59,529 nucleotides of DNA. Origin: Bacteroidota bacterium. Lineage in GTDB: Bacteria > Bacteroidota > Bacteroidia > Bacteroidales > WCHB1-69. Below are positions 39,831 through 48,543 of this stretch, piece by piece. The stretch spans positions 1 through 59,529 of the forward strand of contig JAEWNB010000061.1 in assembly GCA_023392945.1 (NCBI GenBank). The letters are read 5' to 3'. Below the pieces are notes generated by a model. That model had not been told where the DNA came from, did no database searches, and saw only the letters and a program-made list of their open reading frames with translations. The translations under genes were made by a program, and so were the position numbers. The first letter of the stretch is position 1; each line of letters starts with the position of its first letter.

Positions 39831-40235
39831 TTAATAATTAGGTCTTTTTAAAATCTCGCCATATATGATTCCATTTATAATTTCACCACTTTCAAGGGTT
39901 AACATAGGAAAAGATTCGTCTTCATTATCAACAGTTTGAGTTTTTGCTTTTACAAAAGAATCATCATTATTGTAATATTCTGATTCAATTTTATTAGTTT
40001 CTTCATAAGTGAAATAATTCTCTTTTTTGGAAGAATTTATTCCAATTTCTTCCATTGAGGTGTTCAAAACAGTTCTTTTTTTTTCAAATTTTGGTTCAAA
40101 AGGTATGTCGACGGATTCTGGTGTGTTTGGTATTTCAATTGGCTCAGAATTGTTGCTTTTTTCTTTCTTTTTATAATTGAAAAACAAGTAGGCAACAACA
40201 ACAATAATTGAAATAACTATATCAATGGTATCCAT
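39831..40235 (-). CDS. Hypothetical small membrane-anchored protein
   Basis: N-terminal TM helix (IVISIIVVVAYLFF), acidic/Asn-rich middle. Has its own TAnnTTTG box upstream. Same strand as the barrel gene. Confidence 0.45.
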   Translation of the reverse strand: MDTIDIVISIIVVVAYLFFNYKKKEKSNNSEPIEIPNTPESVDIPFEPKFEKKRTVLNTSMEEIGINSSKKENYFTYEETNKIESEYYNNDDSFVKAKTQTVDNEDESFPMLTLESGEIINGIIYGEILKRPNY

Positions 40236-40252
40236 CCTATTTTTTTTAAATG

Positions 40253-40260
40253 CAAATATA
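40253..40260 (-). promoter_or_regulatory. -7 box TATATTTG (minus strand) upstream of the small TM gene heading the barrel/cargo/PorV-like string
   Basis: The plus strand reads CAAATATA, 18 nt upstream of ATG 40235. Confidence 0.45.
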
Positions 40261-40268
40261 CAATATTT

Positions 40269-40276
40269 TATATTTG
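40269..40276 (+). promoter_or_regulatory. -7 box TATATTTG upstream of Rieske-like lipoprotein gene
   Basis: TAnnTTTG match 22 nt upstream of ATG 40298. Confidence 0.45.
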
Positions 40277-40297
40277 CTTCGTTATATTCTTTTACCG

Positions 40298-40714
40298 ATG
40301 AAAAAAATATTTTTTATATTATTCTGTTGTTGGTGCTTAATTGGTTGTAATGGTTATGAGCACGAGACCATTCCTAATGTTCAAGTAGATTTTACTATAT
40401 ATCCAAATGATGTTGCATACTATAGTTTAAATCATTATGGGGGGCATATGTATTTTACCGGTGGAGTGAGGGGAATAGTAGTTTATAGGCTTGATCCATA
40501 TACTTTTATGGCTTATGATCGTGCATGCCCTTACGACTGGGAAGATAACGATTCCTGGATTTGGGTAGAGGAAAGTGGTATTACACTTATTGACAGTTGT
40601 TGTGGATCCAGATTTAATATATTGGATGGCTCTGTTGTTAATGGTCCTGCAATCTATTCGTTAAAGCATTACAGAACAACCTTTGATGGAGTAAAACTTC
40701 GTGTCTATAACTGA
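40298..40714 (+). CDS. Lipoprotein with degenerate Rieske-like domain (cluster ligand histidines absent)
   Basis: Lipobox CLIGC. RACPYDW and DSCCGSRFNILDGSVVNGPA resemble Rieske boxes CxH and CxCHGSxF, but both His are missing. Confidence 0.5.
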   Translation: MKKIFFILFCCWCLIGCNGYEHETIPNVQVDFTIYPNDVAYYSLNHYGGHMYFTGGVRGIVVYRLDPYTFMAYDRACPYDWEDNDSWIWVEESGITLIDSCCGSRFNILDGSVVNGPAIYSLKHYRTTFDGVKLRVYN

Positions 40715-41517
40715 TGCATCATTTCATATACTAGTTGTACCATTTTGGGACCTGCTGCAGCGGCTTCCTTCAGCACTTCTTCATGAGAGGCCTTTTCAAC
40801 CTTTCCAATAATTCCCAAATCTGTTATTACAGATAATGCAAATACTTCCATCCCCCTGTGTTTGGCAGCAATTGTCTCCGGAACAGTTGACATTCCGACA
40901 GCATCGGCTCCCATATAATGAAACATCCTATATTCTGCAGGGGTTTCAAAACAAGGACCGGTTACGCCCATATAAACACCCTGTTGAAGGTGAATGTTGA
41001 TTTTTTTTCCTGTTTCCAAAGCAATCTTAATCAGTTTCTTAGAATAAGCCTCGCTCATATCGGGAAAGCGGGGACCTTCCTTGTCTTCGTTTGGTCCAAG
41101 TAGAGGATTGTTTCCGAAAAAATTAATATGGTCATTTATTATCATAATATCTCCAATTTTAAATGTGGGATTCATCCCACCCGCAGCATTTGATAATATT
41201 ATTTTTTCTATTCCAAGCTCTTTAAGAATCTGAATAGGAAGAGTAACTTCTTGCATTGAATATCCTTCATAATAATGAAACCTGCCATTCAGAACAATAA
41301 CGTCTACATTGTTTAATTTTCCAAAAATCCAGGTTCCTTTATGTCCTTTAACCGTCGAAACAATAAAATCGGGAATTTCTCGGTATGTGATTTCAATTCT
41401 TTCTTTTATTTTATCAACAAGGCCTCCTAAACCTGACCCTAAAATTATTGCAATTTTAGGGTGATTTGTCATCTTTTCTTTTAAATACTTAACAGTTTTA
41501 TCGATGTTCCTTTTCAT
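40705..41517 (-). CDS. Purine nucleoside phosphorylase (trimeric PunA/PNP type), paralog 1
   Basis: GSGLGGL, GHKGTWIFG, RFHYYEG, SNAAGG, MSTVPE motifs. Confidence 0.9.
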   Translation of the reverse strand: MKRNIDKTVKYLKEKMTNHPKIAIILGSGLGGLVDKIKERIEITYREIPDFIVSTVKGHKGTWIFGKLNNVDVIVLNGRFHYYEGYSMQEVTLPIQILKELGIEKIILSNAAGGMNPTFKIGDIMIINDHINFFGNNPLLGPNEDKEGPRFPDMSEAYSKKLIKIALETGKKINIHLQQGVYMGVTGPCFETPAEYRMFHYMGADAVGMSTVPETIAAKHRGMEVFALSVITDLGIIGKVEKASHEEVLKEAAAAGPKMVQLVYEMMHQL

Positions 41518-41573
41518 ATTATATTATATAGTATATTTTTTTTGTTTGCATAATGACTACATAAACCCAATTG

Positions 41574-42389
41574 CTATGAAATCAAAGGCATCATTTCATA
41601 AATTAGTTTCACCATTTTAGGTCCTGCAATTTCAGCTTCTTTAAGAACCTCTTCTAAAGATACTTTTTCAATTTTTCCGGTAATACCCAAATCAGTTATA
41701 ACAGATAAAGCGAAAACTTTTATATTTCTGTGACGTGCTATTATGGTTTCAGGCACAGTTGACATTCCGACAGCATCAGCACCTAAATAATGAAACATCC
41801 TATATTCTGCCGGAGTTTCAAAGCAGGGACCACTTAATCCCAAATAGACACCCTGTTGAAGATGAATATCTATTTTTTTTGCACAAGATAAAGCAACATT
41901 GATTAATTCTTTTGAATATGCTTCGCTCATATCAGGGAAGCGGGGACCTAAATTGTCATCATTTGGTCCTATCAAAGGATTGGTCCCGAAAAAATTAATA
42001 TGATCGGTAATAATCATGATATCACCAATTTTGAATGCCGGATTCATTCCACCTGCCGCATTTGATAAAATGAGTTTTTCTATTCCAATTTCTTTCATGA
42101 TTTGGATAGGCATTGTTACTTCATTTAAAGTGTAACCCTCGTAATAGTGAAACCTTCCATTGAGGACCACAACATCAACCCCGTTAAATTTTCCAAAAAT
42201 CCAGGTCCCTTTATGACCGCTAACAGTGGAAACAGGGAAATTTGGAATATCTTGATAAGGTATTTCAAGTTCTACTTGTAACTTTTCAACAAGCCCACCC
42301 AGACCTGTTCCCAAAATAATGCCTATTTTGGGTTTTGAAAACATTTTGTCTCTTAGATAATTAATTGACGATTGAATTGGATCTAACAT
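41574..42389 (-). CDS. Purine nucleoside phosphorylase (trimeric PunA/PNP type), paralog 2
   Basis: Same motif set as paralog 1, and by eye a clear majority of residues are identical. Start chosen at MLDPIQSS by alignment with the paralog, which overlaps the lpxK end. Confidence 0.87.
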   Translation of the reverse strand: MLDPIQSSINYLRDKMFSKPKIGIILGTGLGGLVEKLQVELEIPYQDIPNFPVSTVSGHKGTWIFGKFNGVDVVVLNGRFHYYEGYTLNEVTMPIQIMKEIGIEKLILSNAAGGMNPAFKIGDIMIITDHINFFGTNPLIGPNDDNLGPRFPDMSEAYSKELINVALSCAKKIDIHLQQGVYLGLSGPCFETPAEYRMFHYLGADAVGMSTVPETIIARHRNIKVFALSVITDLGITGKIEKVSLEEVLKEAEIAGPKMVKLIYEMMPLIS

Positions 42390-43434
42390 ATTGCTGGATA
42401 ATATCATTAAAAATTTTATCTTCTTCAAAAAGAAATTTAACTTCTATAGGGATAGTAAAAACCGGCATAGAATTAATTTCATCTAATAAGGTTTTACTCC
42501 TAAATCGCATCATATCTTTTTCTGTCGTAAAAACAACAGTGTTTGATTTTAGTTCATCCGAAATCATTTTTTTGATAATAATCATATCTTTTTTAGTAAA
42601 GAAATGATGGTCATGAAATTTTAAATGCAATACTTTTTTATATTGCTTTGAAAGTCTTTCATATAATGGTTTTGGGTTAGCTATTCCGGTAACTAATAGA
42701 ATGGTTGTTTCGGAATAAAGAGCAATTTGTTTAGCGGGAATAGTTTGAGGCTCCGGATTGCCATATATATAGGTTGTAAAAAACAATCTTTGTCTTGGGC
42801 AAAGTGCTATTTTTTCACAAAAAACATCCTTTTCCAATTGGGTAATACTATCAGGGGTTTTAGAAACTATTATGATGTTAGCAATATTTGCTGCGTTGCG
42901 AAATTCTCTTAAATTCCCCGCCGGAATAGGATAATCATTAAAAAAGGGTTTTTCATATTCAGTTAGTAATATCTTTAGTCCAGCGTTGACTTGAATATGT
43001 TGATAGGCATCATCCAATAAAATTAATTGCAAAGATGGAAATTTGGTAGTGAGATTGATAATTCCTATTTTTCTTTTTTCTGCAACTGCTACTTTGATAT
43101 TAGGATATTTGACATGATATTGCATGGGCTCATCTCCGATTAGTAAAGCATCGGTATTGCTTATCTCTGTATCATTTAAAAGAATATATCCTTTAGAGAT
43201 ACGTCCGTAACCTCTGCTCAAAGTTGCAATTTCCCATTCCGGAAACAATAATCTTATTAAATATTCTGTATGGGGGGTCTTTCCGGCCCCTCCCAAGCAC
43301 AAGTTCCCAATAGCAATTGTGGGTAGTTTGGGATCAAACGGTTTTACAATTTTGTGATGGTATAACAAACGTCTTATCCAAAGAAAAAATCCGTAAATCA
43401 AAGAAAAAGGGAGAAGAATTAATCTGATTTTCAT
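42361..43434 (-). CDS. lpxK: Tetraacyldisaccharide 4'-kinase
   Basis: N-terminal membrane helix and P-loop GNLCLGGAGKTP, characteristic of LpxK. Confidence 0.9.
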   Translation of the reverse strand: MKIRLILLPFSLIYGFFLWIRRLLYHHKIVKPFDPKLPTIAIGNLCLGGAGKTPHTEYLIRLLFPEWEIATLSRGYGRISKGYILLNDTEISNTDALLIGDEPMQYHVKYPNIKVAVAEKRKIGIINLTTKFPSLQLILLDDAYQHIQVNAGLKILLTEYEKPFFNDYPIPAGNLREFRNAANIANIIIVSKTPDSITQLEKDVFCEKIALCPRQRLFFTTYIYGNPEPQTIPAKQIALYSETTILLVTGIANPKPLYERLSKQYKKVLHLKFHDHHFFTKKDMIIIKKMISDELKSNTVVFTTEKDMMRFRSKTLLDEINSMPVFTIPIEVKFLFEEDKIFNDIIQQYVRSNSIVN

Positions 43435-44405
43435 GTCGGAGAATTTTGGAATTTATCATTTTCCCACTTTTCATATTTTTCAATGATTTTTGTAACAAGG
43501 TGATGTCTAACAACATCAGAGTTGTCTAAATAGACAAAATCGATACCTTTAACATTATTCAATATTTTGGTAGCCTGAATCAGCCCTGAATTTTGATTAC
43601 GAGGAAGATCAATCTGAGTAATATCACCGGTGATAAAGAATTTGGCATTTTTCCCCATTCTGGTAAGGAACATCTTGATTTGGCTTTCAGTTGCATTTTG
43701 TGCTTCATCCAAGATGACGTATGCATTATCCAGAGTTCGACCTCTCATAAAAGCAAGAGGTGCAATTTCAATGGTTTTATCCTCCATATAGGAAAGAAGT
43801 TTTTGCATAGGCATCATATCCCAAAGTGCATCATAAAGTGGCTGGAGATAAGGATCTAACTTATCTCTTAAATCCCCGGGAAGAAATCCGAGATTTTCAC
43901 CGGCTTCTACTGCCGGTCTTGTTAAGATAATTCTTCTGATCTGTTTGTTTTTCAGCGCTCTGACAGCTAATGCAACAGCTGTATAGGTTTTTCCTGTTCC
44001 CGCCGGACCGATGGCAAATACCATATCATGTGATGCAGTACTTTCAACAATTTTTCTTTGGTTTGGCGTCAATGCTTTGATTAATCTTCCATCTTTACCA
44101 TGTAAGATAATGTCATCCTGAATGCCATTGTGATCTAATCTATAAAATGAATCGTCTTCCGATGAAATAATATTGAGAATGTCAGTTTCGTTAATTTTCC
44201 CAAAACGTTCGTAATGTAAAACCAAAAGTTGAAATCTGTCTATAAAAAGTTCTACTTCCGAATTTTCTCCAAAAACTTTAACTTCATTACCTCTGGCATT
44301 TATTTTTAGTTTTGGGAAAAGATTTCTTAGGAGGTCAATGTTGTTGTTGTTAGTACCATATATTCCTACTGCAATATTATTTTCTAATGTGATACTTGTT
44401 TCCAT
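43431..44405 (-). CDS. phoH: PhoH-family ATPase
   Basis: GPAGTGKTY Walker A, ILDEAQN Walker B, ITGDITQIDLP. Confidence 0.92.
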   Translation of the reverse strand: METSITLENNIAVGIYGTNNNNIDLLRNLFPKLKINARGNEVKVFGENSEVELFIDRFQLLVLHYERFGKINETDILNIISSEDDSFYRLDHNGIQDDIILHGKDGRLIKALTPNQRKIVESTASHDMVFAIGPAGTGKTYTAVALAVRALKNKQIRRIILTRPAVEAGENLGFLPGDLRDKLDPYLQPLYDALWDMMPMQKLLSYMEDKTIEIAPLAFMRGRTLDNAYVILDEAQNATESQIKMFLTRMGKNAKFFITGDITQIDLPRNQNSGLIQATKILNNVKGIDFVYLDNSDVVRHHLVTKIIEKYEKWENDKFQNSPT

Positions 44406-44420
44406 TTTTTAATCTACTTT

Positions 44421-45338
44421 TTAATTTACTACTATGTAATCGCTTGGATTAACCGGAAACCCGTTGTACCAAAGTTCAAAATGAAGAAAAACCTCTTTTG
44501 ACCTATTTCCACTATTTCCCATTCTGGCAATAGGTTCTCCGGCCAACACTTTATAGCCTTCTTCTTTAAGCAAAATTTCTGTGTGTTTATAAACAGAAAT
44601 AAGATTTCCACTATGTTGAATTATGATAGTATTTCCATCTTTCGGATCATAGCCCGAATATATGACAATCCCATCTGCAACACTTGTTATCAAGGTATTG
44701 CGAATATTTTTAATATCAATGCCATAACGATTTTCGGCAGGATTATATTCGGCAAGAATAACTCCAATTGTTGGGGGCAGTAATAAGAGCGTATTTATAT
44801 TAGCTCTTTTGCTTAAAGGAGTTGAAGCAGTTGCACTATTTTTGAGGCTTTTCTTTTCTTTCATGATCAAATCAGCTTCTTCAAGTATTGCAGCATTAGC
44901 TTCATCAATTTTTTTTCTTTCACTTTCTGAGATTTCTTTTGGAGAATAGCTCTTTGCTTGGGTATTCTCCATATCTTCAGTAGTAGTTATTTTATCATTG
45001 ATTATTCTGTAAAAATTATCAATATACTGTTGATTTTGATTTAGCATTAATTCCACAGAATCAATGCTGATTGCCATTTTCTTAATGTTTCTGTAGTCTT
45101 CAGGGTTTGTATATCCGGGAACATAAACACGAAGAGGAGTAAAGGCAATTAGGAGAGCAGTAAGAATAATAAGCAGAACAGAAGAGGTAGTGACCACTAC
45201 AAAAACATTTCTTGGACTTAACAGAAATGATATCTTATCTGCATGAGAATCATCATTTCTAATAATCAGGCGATATTTAGTTTTCCAGTTGATTCTGAGC
45301 CGGCTCCAATAATATTTTATTTTTTTAAATTTTATCAT
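44421..45338 (-). CDS. Degenerate M23/LytM-domain protein (predicted non-catalytic)
   Basis: TM anchor, coiled region and C-terminal LytM fold. The HxxxD box reads RYGID and the HxH box reads FLHFE, so two metal-ligand His are lost. Confidence 0.72.
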   Translation of the reverse strand: MIKFKKIKYYWSRLRINWKTKYRLIIRNDDSHADKISFLLSPRNVFVVVTTSSVLLIILTALLIAFTPLRVYVPGYTNPEDYRNIKKMAISIDSVELMLNQNQQYIDNFYRIINDKITTTEDMENTQAKSYSPKEISESERKKIDEANAAILEEADLIMKEKKSLKNSATASTPLSKRANINTLLLLPPTIGVILAEYNPAENRYGIDIKNIRNTLITSVADGIVIYSGYDPKDGNTIIIQHSGNLISVYKHTEILLKEEGYKVLAGEPIARMGNSGNRSKEVFLHFELWYNGFPVNPSDYIVVN

Positions 45339-45355
45339 ATCATTTCAGGTAATTA

Positions 45356-46321
45356 TTAGGATAAAGCCTGATTTACTTCTTTAGATGATTTGAGAATAGC
45401 ATCGTATTCTGCCGGTGTGATGTCATTGAAGAAATAGTGAACCGGATTTACATAAGAACCATTTTTTATGATTTCATAATGAAGATGAGGTCCTAATGAA
45501 AGACCTGTGTTGCCAACATATCCGATAACTTGTCCTCGTTTTACTTTTTGTCCGGCTTTTACAGCTTTTTTTGACAAGTGTGCATATACTGATTTATAGG
45601 AATATCCATGATTAATTATTACAACAATACCATAACCTGAGCCACCCGTTTCTCCGGAGACATAGCCATCGGCAGTTGCATATACCGGAGTTCCCCTGGG
45701 AGCCGTTATGTCTATACCTGTGTGAGGTCTTAATGTTTTCAGAATAGGATGATATCGTCTTCCAAATCCTGAAGAAATTGAGTACATGTTTTTAAGGGGT
45801 CTTATTGCAGGAATTGATGCGAGCATTTCAGTTTTTTTTGTCGCCAGTATAGAAATAGTATCATAAGAACGTGATTGTGAAGCCATCTGAACAGTAAGCT
45901 TGTCCATTTTTACTTTTATTTCATTTAGCAACTCATAGGCTTCATCGTGTGAAAGACGGTCATATTTTGTGCTTTCCAGCATAGTGGGATTCCTTTGTTC
46001 TAACGGAAGTGGATCGGTTTCAAAAATGGATCGGTAAACATTGTCATCCCTTTCTTGTAAGTCTTTCATTACAAATTCAAAAATATCTACTTTTTTATTG
46101 ATTTTTTTTAGCTCAGCCTTGAGTTCATTATTCTCTCTTTGAAGCATTTTTTCTTTTGGAGAATCAATAAGATAAAATGAAATCCATAAAACAATTACAG
46201 AAAAGGAAAGAGCGGTTGCAAAAAACCATAATAACCTCTTAATGATATCTTTCAGAGTGAGTTTTTCTTTTTCAAAAGATAGTGTATTTGGGTTAAAATA
46301 ATAAAATGTTTTTTTGGACAT
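45356..46321 (-). CDS. M23 family metallopeptidase (intact active site)
   Basis: TM anchor, coiled coil. HTGIDI (HxxxD) and PHLHYEI (HxH) motifs are intact. Confidence 0.85.
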   Translation of the reverse strand: MSKKTFYYFNPNTLSFEKEKLTLKDIIKRLLWFFATALSFSVIVLWISFYLIDSPKEKMLQRENNELKAELKKINKKVDIFEFVMKDLQERDDNVYRSIFETDPLPLEQRNPTMLESTKYDRLSHDEAYELLNEIKVKMDKLTVQMASQSRSYDTISILATKKTEMLASIPAIRPLKNMYSISSGFGRRYHPILKTLRPHTGIDITAPRGTPVYATADGYVSGETGGSGYGIVVIINHGYSYKSVYAHLSKKAVKAGQKVKRGQVIGYVGNTGLSLGPHLHYEIIKNGSYVNPVHYFFNDITPAEYDAILKSSKEVNQALS

Positions 46322-46325
46322 GATG

Positions 46326-47528
46326 TTATTTTTTACACGAGATGCAGATGATGTTTCCTACGCTAAATTCACTCATTTGATAATTATTTCTTGCAAAAAT
46401 CAACTTTAAGGGAACAGCATATTTTTGAGCAATGTATTTCATAGTTTCTCCTTTTTCAATAGTATGAAAAGAAACTTCCGATTTTTTGTTTTTGTACTGC
46501 AAATAAACAACTTCCCCTGGAATAGGTTCATAATTATCGTCAAAAATATCATTAAAAAGTCTTAGATTTGACTCCGTTATTTGTACATCTTTCCCTATTT
46601 TTTCATAGCTATCTCCTTTTTCTGCAATAATAAATTTAATTTTATTATTTACATAAACGGTTCTTGAAGTGTAAGGATAATATACAGGCTGATATTCCAT
46701 CTCTTTTGCAGTAAAAACTTTTGCAATAACTGGTTGCTCCTCAGTTTTCACAATTGCTACAGAATCTTTTCCACACGACTCCTGAGTTTTGATTTTTCTT
46801 TCAATAATAACTTCAATTCCTGACTCAATCAAAGTGTCTCTTTTAATGGAGTCATTGTTTGGCTTTTCTTTGGGAAGCTCTGCAATCTTTTTAGTATTAT
46901 AAATTTTAGAAGAATCAGAGATTATATTTTTTTGAACTGATTCTTTCTTAACAGGAATTTGTGCCGGGGTTTCCGGAAGATTGGTTTTTATTTCATCTTT
47001 TATATTTGTCGGGAGTTCACTTTCAGGATTGTCATACAAATAAAGAAAATAGGTTTCAATGATATTAATCAACTGATTGCTGTAATTGGGGTTTATTGAA
47101 TAACTTGCTTCCTGAAGTCCTTTTGCCCATCCTTTATAATCATCAATTTCAAGGGTAAACAGTTTGTTATATCTGCTTCTTTCCGTGAGAAATTTTGAAT
47201 GGTCATTATAGGAATCTTCAACAGAAGCATATTTTCTGTAACAGGTGTGAGTTATATCAGCAGGGTCATAATAAATTTCTCCGGTATATTTTTCATGACA
47301 AAGAATTCCAAAGTGGTTGTTGGCATATTTTGAGAGTGTATTAGTTCCGGCATTAGAAGAATAGATTGCTTGTGCAAGTTTAATACTGGCAGGAATATGA
47401 CTGGTTTCCATTAATTTAATTGCCAAATCTTTATATTTATCAATATATTCATAAACAATTTCGTCGTTGTATTGGGCAAAGGAAGTTGCACTATACAAAA
47501 ACAGTATTATGATACCTATTTTTTTCAT
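46326..47528 (-). CDS. Glucosaminidase (GH73-like) domain protein with C-terminal LysM repeats, paralog A
   Basis: Signal peptide. PASIKLAQAIYSSNAGT...NNHFGI...GWAKGLQEASYSINPNY resembles mannosyl-glycoprotein endo-beta-N-acetylglucosaminidase. Two LysM-like segments. Confidence 0.72.
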   Translation of the reverse strand: MKKIGIIILFLYSATSFAQYNDEIVYEYIDKYKDLAIKLMETSHIPASIKLAQAIYSSNAGTNTLSKYANNHFGILCHEKYTGEIYYDPADITHTCYRKYASVEDSYNDHSKFLTERSRYNKLFTLEIDDYKGWAKGLQEASYSINPNYSNQLINIIETYFLYLYDNPESELPTNIKDEIKTNLPETPAQIPVKKESVQKNIISDSSKIYNTKKIAELPKEKPNNDSIKRDTLIESGIEVIIERKIKTQESCGKDSVAIVKTEEQPVIAKVFTAKEMEYQPVYYPYTSRTVYVNNKIKFIIAEKGDSYEKIGKDVQITESNLRLFNDIFDDNYEPIPGEVVYLQYKNKKSEVSFHTIEKGETMKYIAQKYAVPLKLIFARNNYQMSEFSVGNIICISCKK

Positions 47529-47532
47529 AGTA

Positions 47533-48528
47533 TTAATGTTTCAGTTTAATAATATCTCCGGGTTGTATAATCGATTTTTCATCTAAATTATTATATTTAA
47601 AAAGATAATGCAACTGAATGGCATATTTCTGAGATATATATCTTAATGTTTCCCCCTTAGAGACAATATGTTTTTGAGCAGAATTGGATTTTGCCTTGTT
47701 TTCGATATAAATTACTTCTCCTTCCCTTGGCTGAATTCCGAGTTTTGCATCATTATATTTTCGGATATTTTTTTCTAAATCCTGAACATCTTTAGCAATT
47801 GAAGCATAAGTGTCGCCAGATTTGGCAATGATAAAGAAATTTTTATTGTTTACATATACTTTTCTCTCTGTAAATGGGAATTCGCCTCTGGGAAAGTCAT
47901 TGTCTTTAGCACTAAAAAAAATATAATTCAAAGCTTTAGGTTCAGATGCTGCCACATTTTTTTCTTTAAGATCACCGCTTATATCATTATAAGTGGTATC
48001 AAAGGAGATATATCTTTTTAAAAAGATAGTATCCTGTTTTGAAATGTTATACTTTTCAATCAAATTGATGAGACGCTCAGCATACTGTGGATTAGTTGCA
48101 TAACCGGCTGCTTTTAAACCTTTTGCCCAACCTTTATAGTCCATTATGTCAAGTGAGAAAAGTTCGCTGTATCTTGGTCGGCTTGTGAGAAATAATGCAT
48201 GGTCAGTATATGAATCTTCCACTTTTAAATATTTCCGAAAACACTCTCCTAGTGAATCATCATCAATGAGCAATGTATCACCGGTCCATTCTTTGTGACA
48301 TTTAATTCCAAAATGATTATTCCCTGAAAGGGCTAATTTGCTTTTTCCACAAGCACTTTCAAAAATACCTTGTGCCAAAGTAATGCTGGCGGGAATTTTG
48401 TATTGGTGCATTTTTTGGATAGCCAGTTCTTTATAATTATCAATGTAAGTGTAAATATCTTTTTCATTGTACTGAGAAAATGCAGTTCCACAATACATTA
48501 TAAATAGTAACAAAAAAAATCTTTTCAT
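47533..48528 (-). CDS. Glucosaminidase (GH73-like) domain protein with C-terminal LysM repeats, paralog B
   Basis: PASITLAQGIFESACGKS...NNHFGIKC...GWAKGLKAAGYATNPQYA. Two LysM-like segments. The catalytic Glu context (FES) is present here, but reads YSS in paralog A. Confidence 0.74.
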   Translation of the reverse strand: MKRFFLLLFIMYCGTAFSQYNEKDIYTYIDNYKELAIQKMHQYKIPASITLAQGIFESACGKSKLALSGNNHFGIKCHKEWTGDTLLIDDDSLGECFRKYLKVEDSYTDHALFLTSRPRYSELFSLDIMDYKGWAKGLKAAGYATNPQYAERLINLIEKYNISKQDTIFLKRYISFDTTYNDISGDLKEKNVAASEPKALNYIFFSAKDNDFPRGEFPFTERKVYVNNKNFFIIAKSGDTYASIAKDVQDLEKNIRKYNDAKLGIQPREGEVIYIENKAKSNSAQKHIVSKGETLRYISQKYAIQLHYLFKYNNLDEKSIIQPGDIIKLKH

Positions 48529-48543
48529 AATGAATTAGAGTCG

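Noticed and set aside
43431-44405. PhoH as evidence of a second phosphate-regulon locus or a toxin-like ATPase module
   Set aside because: PhoH-family ATPases are widespread housekeeping genes with no proven Pho role in most bacteria. No PIN or toxin domain is fused here.
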